Below are positions 59,846 through 64,000 of a DNA stretch of 64,000 nt, one piece after another (the first letter of the stretch is position 1; every line of letters starts with the position of its first letter). The notes under the pieces are model-generated. The model was not told the origin of the DNA and did not search any database. It saw nothing but the letters and a program-made list of their open reading frames with translations. The position numbers and the translations under genes are program-made. Where the stretch lies: the NCBI GenBank assembly GCA_942493365.1, contig OW818697.1, positions 1,512,668 through 1,576,667 on the forward strand. Reading direction: 5' to 3'. The DNA comes from an uncultured Clostridiaceae bacterium. Lineage in GTDB: Bacteria > Bacillota > Clostridia > Saccharofermentanales > UBA5734.

Positions 59846-60400
59846 ATGAAATCGGATCAACCCCTGCGGCCCATTCTGCTGATCGGCAAAATCGGCCGGG
59901 CACATGGTTTGCGCGGCGACGTGAAGATTCAGCCGCTGACCAGTGACTCGGAACGTTTTCGGCTGCTCAAAAGCTGTCTGCTGCTGTCTGCCGACGAAAA
60001 AACCAGCCGTGAGATCGCCATCGACGGCGTCAAACTGCTGCCGGACATGGTCCTGCTCAAGTTGCGCGGCGTTGATTCGCGCGAACAGGCTGAACCGCTG
60101 AATGGCAGCTATTTGGCCGTTGCGCGCGAACAAGCCGTTGAGTTGCCGCCCGACACTTGGTTTATCTGCGATCTAATCGGCTGTGCCGTGTATGATCAGA
60201 ACGAAGGGTGTCTGGGTGAAGTTGCCGATCTGCTGCAAAGCACGGCACAGGATGTCTACGTCGTGCGTCAGTCCGGTCAGCCCGACCTGCTGTTTCCGGC
60301 CTTGAAAACCATCCTGAAAAAGGTTGACATCGCCGGTCGTCGCATCGATATCCTGCTGCCCGAGGGCTTGTTTGAGGTTTATCGCGAAAGGATGGCCTGA
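59846..60400 (+). CDS. rimM: Ribosome maturation factor RimM
   Basis: GKIGRAHGLRGDV, DLIGCAV, DVYVV; gene order. Confidence 0.96.
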   Translation: MKSDQPLRPILLIGKIGRAHGLRGDVKIQPLTSDSERFRLLKSCLLLSADEKTSREIAIDGVKLLPDMVLLKLRGVDSREQAEPLNGSYLAVAREQAVELPPDTWFICDLIGCAVYDQNEGCLGEVADLLQSTAQDVYVVRQSGQPDLLFPALKTILKKVDIAGRRIDILLPEGLFEVYRERMA

Positions 60401-60402
60401 TC

Positions 60403-61149
60403 ATGCGTATTTCGGTCTTGACCTTGTTTCCCGAAATAATCCAGCAGGTCATCAGCAGCAGCATCACCGGACGTGCCCTGAAAAACGGCGTCTTCGAGTT
60501 GGAAACAATCCAAATTCGTGATTACGCGGTCAATCAGTATGGCAAGGTCGATGACGCCTGCTTTGGTGGCGGCACCGGCATGCTGATGATGGCCGAACCG
60601 ATTTACCAAGCCTGGCAGACCGCATGCCAGCACCCAACTGAGAAACACCGCACCATTCATTTGTCACCGCGCGGCCAGGTTTTCACCCAAACCAAGGCCG
60701 TTGAACTGGCCGCCGAGGAACACCTGATTCTGCTTTGTGGCCACTACGAGGGCATCGATCAACGTGTTCTCGACGAAATCGTTGACGAGGAACTGTCGAT
60801 CGGCGACTATGTCCTGACCGGCGGCGAACTGGCGGCGTGTGTGATCATTGACAGCCTGCTGCGCATGATGCCCGGCGTATTGCCCAACGAGGAAGCCTTC
60901 GGCAAAGAATCCCATATGGCGGGACTTTTAGAACACCAGCAATACACTCGCCCCGCCGAATGGCACGGCAAAAAGGTTCCCGAGGTCTTACTTTCCGGAC
61001 ATCAAGCGAACATCGAGCATTGGCAGCGTCTGGAGTCCTTGAAGCAAACCCTGCAGCGGCGGCCGGACCTCTTCGCCAAACTCCAACTGACCGAAGCCGA
61101 ATGGCAGGAAATCGTCAAGGATGTTCAAGCGACTGGCTCACATGGATAG
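60403..61149 (+). CDS. trmD: tRNA (guanine37-N1)-methyltransferase
   Basis: TLFPE, GGGTGMLM, LCGHYEGID, SIGDYVLTGGE, YTRP. Confidence 0.98.
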   Translation: MRISVLTLFPEIIQQVISSSITGRALKNGVFELETIQIRDYAVNQYGKVDDACFGGGTGMLMMAEPIYQAWQTACQHPTEKHRTIHLSPRGQVFTQTKAVELAAEEHLILLCGHYEGIDQRVLDEIVDEELSIGDYVLTGGELAACVIIDSLLRMMPGVLPNEEAFGKESHMAGLLEHQQYTRPAEWHGKKVPEVLLSGHQANIEHWQRLESLKQTLQRRPDLFAKLQLTEAEWQEIVKDVQATGSHG

Positions 61150-61300
61150 CTCAATAATTGCAGATCAATAACCTTGGTCTTTGGTTTTGTATTATCTCCT
61201 ATGTGATGCCACAAAGCGCGTTCCGCAGGCCGCAGGCCGAGGACCCGTTCAAGCGACTGGCGCACATGGGAGATAATACAAATAGGAAGAGATAAGGTTG
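61123..61300. repeat. Structured intergenic repeat: ~25-bp stem hairpin plus a 23-bp direct repeat shared with the trmD 3' end
   Basis: Arms 61186-61211 and 61258-61282; GTTCAAGCGACTGGC(T/G)CACATGG at 61123-61145 and 61247-61269. Confidence 0.75.
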
Positions 61301-61309
61301 ATTAATCCC

Positions 61310-61338
61310 TTGCAATTAATGATACCATTTGCTATAAT
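61310..61338 (+). promoter_or_regulatory. SigA promoter for rplS
   Basis: TTGCAA-N17-TATAAT. Confidence 0.85.
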
Positions 61339-61353
61339 CACCAAGTCTATTAC

Positions 61354-61388
61354 GGATGGTCCGCTGCCAATTGCGTGCATGAACATCC
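61354..61388 (+). promoter_or_regulatory. L19 ribosomal protein leader
   Basis: GGATGGTCCGCTG...ATGAACATCC hairpin resembling the Bacillota L19 leader, directly before the rplS SD. Confidence 0.75.
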
Positions 61389-61410
61389 TGGAAGAGGGGA
61401 GGAACGCAAT

Positions 61411-61767
61411 ATGGACTTAGTCAAAGTTGTTGAACAGTCACAACTGAAAAATGCCTATCCTGAAGTTGAAATTGGCGATTACGTCAAAGTTCACCTGAAA
61501 ATCAAGGAAGGCTCCCGCGAACGCGTACAGATTTTTGAAGGCACCGTCATTGCCCGCAAGGGTGGCGGCCTGACCGAATCTATCAACATTCGTCGCCTGT
61601 CTTACGGTGTCGGTGTCGAACGTATTCTGCCAGTCCATTCGCCCAAGATTGACAAGATTGAAATTGTCAGAAAGGGCCTCGTCAGAAGAGCCAAGCTCTA
61701 TTATCTGCGAGATCGTGTTGGCAAATCAGCCAAAGTCAAAGAAAAACTCGCTCACAGCAGAAAGTAA
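61411..61767 (+). CDS. rplS: 50S ribosomal protein L19
   Basis: [39 protein letters not shown]. Confidence 0.99.
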   Translation: MDLVKVVEQSQLKNAYPEVEIGDYVKVHLKIKEGSRERVQIFEGTVIARKGGGLTESINIRRLSYGVGVERILPVHSPKIDKIEIVRKGLVRRAKLYYLRDRVGKSAKVKEKLAHSRK

Positions 61768-61787
61768 GCAGTTTTTAGATCAACTGA

Positions 61788-61828
61788 AAAGAGAACATTG
61801 CTTCTTTCAACTGGCAGTGTTCTTTTTT
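61788..61828 (+). terminator. Intrinsic terminator after rplS
   Basis: AAAGAGAACATTGC...GCAGTGTTCTTTTTT. Confidence 0.75.
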
Positions 61829-61899
61829 ATTTTTATCTCGACCTAATATTGGTATAATTAGAATTATTGTATTTGTGTATTTTGAAAGGAGCGCGCCGC

Positions 61900-62769
61900 T
61901 TGGAAGTCAACTGGTTCCCCGGCCACATGGCCAAGACCCTTCGTGAGCTGAAGGATTTTCTCAAAATGGTCGATCTGGTCATCGAAACCTGCGACGCTCG
62001 CATTCCTGAAAGCAGCCGAAATCCCGAGCTGCACAAAATGTTGGGCCAAAAGCCCCGAATTTTGGTATTGAACAAGGCCGATCTGGCCGATCAGGCCACG
62101 ACGCTCGCCTGGATTGCCTGGTACGAACAGCATGGCATCTCGGCGATTGCCTGCGACAGTCACCGGCGAACGGGTCTGTCAGCAATTGAGAAAGCCTGTC
62201 AGGCCATCACGCAAGCTCGAACCGATCGTCAGGCGGCCAAGGGTCGGATTTTCAATCCAATCCGCGTCCTGGTCGTCGGCATTCCCAACACCGGCAAATC
62301 CACCTTGATCAACGCCCTGAGCGGCCGCAAGCTGGCCAAAACTGCCGACAAGCCAGGTGTCACCCGGCAGATCAGCTGGATCCGCTCCGGCAAACAGCTG
62401 GAGCTGATGGATTCGCCCGGCGTGCTCTGGCCCAAACTGGGCGACAACGCCAGCAAGCTCTGCCTGGCCGCCACCGGTGCCATTCGGGACGAACTGTTGC
62501 CGGTTGAGGAGATCGCGTCAGAAACGATGAAGATATTAGCGGCGGAATACCCCTCATTGATTCGCGAGCGTTATAAACTTGAAGATTTAAGCCAGACACC
62601 AGCTGATATGCTGGCAGATGCGACACGCCGTCGCGGCTGTCTGTTGTCAGGCGGCCGCCTCGATACCTTGCGGTTCTCGATCCTGTTTCTCGACGAATTC
62701 CGCGCCGGCAAAATCGGGCGCATCAGTCTTGAACAGCCGCCCGCAGAAAGAAAGCGAGCGCCCAAATGA
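61900..62769 (+). CDS. rbgA: Ribosome biogenesis GTPase RbgA (YlqF)
   Basis: WFPGHMAK, DARIP, LNKADL, GIPNTGKSTLIN, DSPGVLWPK. Confidence 0.97.
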   Translation: MEVNWFPGHMAKTLRELKDFLKMVDLVIETCDARIPESSRNPELHKMLGQKPRILVLNKADLADQATTLAWIAWYEQHGISAIACDSHRRTGLSAIEKACQAITQARTDRQAAKGRIFNPIRVLVVGIPNTGKSTLINALSGRKLAKTADKPGVTRQISWIRSGKQLELMDSPGVLWPKLGDNASKLCLAATGAIRDELLPVEEIASETMKILAAEYPSLIRERYKLEDLSQTPADMLADATRRRGCLLSGGRLDTLRFSILFLDEFRAGKIGRISLEQPPAERKRAPK

Positions 62770-63407
62770 CGGCGAAAGAGCAAAAGCAGCAAGCGAAGTA
62801 TCATGAAATGCAAGCTTACGAACGGCAGGCCTGGCTGAAGGGGTTTGCTTCTGTGGCCGGTGTCGATGAAGCGGGCAGGGGACCGCTGGCCGGTCCGGTT
62901 GTGACGGCGGCCTGCATATTGGATCCTGAACGGCCGATTTTGGGTCTCGATGACTCCAAAAAACTGACACCGGTAAAACGCGATCAACTCTATGAAGAAA
63001 TCGTTAAATATGCCATCGCCTGGCAGGTTGGCCAAGCCGATCATCTGATCATTGATCAGATCAACATCCTGCAAGCGACCTGCACAGCCATGTGCGCGGC
63101 AATCGCCGGGTTATCCCGTCAAGCCGATCTGTTGCTGATTGACGCGGTCAATCTCAAAAATGTCGAGACGCCGGTCTGGCCAATCATCCGCGGTGACAGC
63201 CTGTCAGTTTCCATTGCTGCCGCCTCGATATTGGCCAAAGTCACGCGGGATCGCCTGATGATCGCGTATGATCGGGAGTATCCACAATACGGATTTGCTC
63301 AGCACAAAGGCTATGGCACTGCGCAGCACTATGAAGCGTTGGCGCAATATGGACCTTGCCCGATTCACCGGCTGACCTTCCTGCGATCGGTGATCGGCAC
63401 GTCATGA
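62766..63407 (+). CDS. rnhB: Ribonuclease HII
   Basis: GVDEAGRGPLAGPV, DDSKKL, IAAASILAKVTRD, KGYGT. Confidence 0.98.
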   Translation: MTAKEQKQQAKYHEMQAYERQAWLKGFASVAGVDEAGRGPLAGPVVTAACILDPERPILGLDDSKKLTPVKRDQLYEEIVKYAIAWQVGQADHLIIDQINILQATCTAMCAAIAGLSRQADLLLIDAVNLKNVETPVWPIIRGDSLSVSIAAASILAKVTRDRLMIAYDREYPQYGFAQHKGYGTAQHYEALAQYGPCPIHRLTFLRSVIGTS

Positions 63408-63775
63408 AGGCGGCAACCACCGCTCGTGGCAGTCTGGCTGAAGCAGCCGTGGCCGATTACCTGCGTGGACGCGGTTACGAAATCTGTTCGACTAATTTTC
63501 GTGTGCCGCGGATCGGCGAACTGGACCTGGTGATCCGCAAAGACGATCAACTGACCATGGTCGAAGTCAAAGCCCGCAGCAATTCCAGCGCTTTCGGCGG
63601 TTTGACGGATACCATCACACCGGCCAAGCTCAAGCGAATGCGCAAAGCTGCCTGGTGTTATCTCAAGGAAATGCAATTAATGAATAGTGACATATCATTT
63701 CTTGCAGCATTTGTCCGCCTGGATTCGGACGGAAATATTTTGGACATTGCGATATCGCCAATTGAATGGCAATGA
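63404..63775 (+). CDS. yraN: YraN family (UPF0102) PD-(D/E)xK nuclease-like protein
   Basis: GSLAEAAVADYL, GELDLV, VEVKAR; follows rnhB. Confidence 0.9.
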   Translation: MKAATTARGSLAEAAVADYLRGRGYEICSTNFRVPRIGELDLVIRKDDQLTMVEVKARSNSSAFGGLTDTITPAKLKRMRKAAWCYLKEMQLMNSDISFLAAFVRLDSDGNILDIAISPIEWQ

Positions 63776-63872
63776 TTTGGCTCAAATACGCCAATTTGCA
63801 GGGTTGTTCAATTGAGTCGGCTAGATTATAATGATTGAGAAATATTGGTCCATAATGCAAGGAGGAAAACAA

Positions 63873-64000
63873 ATGCCGTCATATTTAGAGCTCACACCTG
63901 AACAATCCGAGCAAGAATTGCAGGTTTTAACCCAACAATACCAGGAATTTTCCGATCAAAAATTAAAACTCAACTTGACCCGCGGCAAGCCCTGCACAGA
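63873..64000 (+). CDS. N-terminus of a probable class I/II PLP-dependent aminotransferase (runs off window)
   Basis: GGAGG SD; MPSYLELTPEQSEQELQVLTQQYQEFSDQKLKLNLTRGKPC; L.LTRGKP motif. Confidence 0.65.
   Translation, partial: MPSYLELTPEQSEQELQVLTQQYQEFSDQKLKLNLTRGKPCT

Noticed and set aside
61165-61305. 6S RNA
   Set aside because: The hairpin has a large terminal loop rather than a central bubble flanked by two long stems; not supportable without a covariance-model search
61793-61804. GAACATTGCTTC as a LexA box
   Set aside because: One mismatch, and it is part of the rplS terminator stem

Overview
Housekeeping-rich chromosomal segment from a moderately GC-rich Clostridia-like (Bacillota) bacterium; the lineage is inferred from gene order, the SCIFF locus, the L19 leader and a Gram-positive-type LexA box. 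Core blocks, in order: ECF sigma/anti-sigma-polA-coaE; comM-dprA-topA-trmFO; dapA-dapB; queA-tgt-yajC-scfA-scfB (SCIFF ranthipeptide); dnaG-rpoD-second sigma70-trmK-nif3-rnpB; rpsO-pnp; proC-rnhA-nudix-ftsK-ygiQ-folD-rmuC-cinA-murJ-recA-recX-rimO-pgsA; acpP-rnc-smc-ftsY-ylxM-ffh-rpsP-khpA-rimM-trmD-rplS-rbgA-rnhB-yraN. An accessory zone (about 30.6-36.6 kb) surrounds tRNA-Pro(GGG) and ends at tRNA-Trp(CCA). It holds an element bounded by ~50-bp inverted repeats, a GNAT plus two small Zn-ribbon genes, an intact ~950-aa LacZ-like GH2 protein that lacks the recognisable catalytic and metal-binding motifs (likely pseudoenzyme), and an AT-rich islet encoding a papain-like (C39-like) peptidase and a lipoprotein. 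rpoD and ffh carry frameshifts and odd substitutions that most likely reflect assembly or consensus errors. No CRISPR array, rRNA, transposase, integrase or phage genes were seen. All calls come from reading the sequence; no database searches were run.
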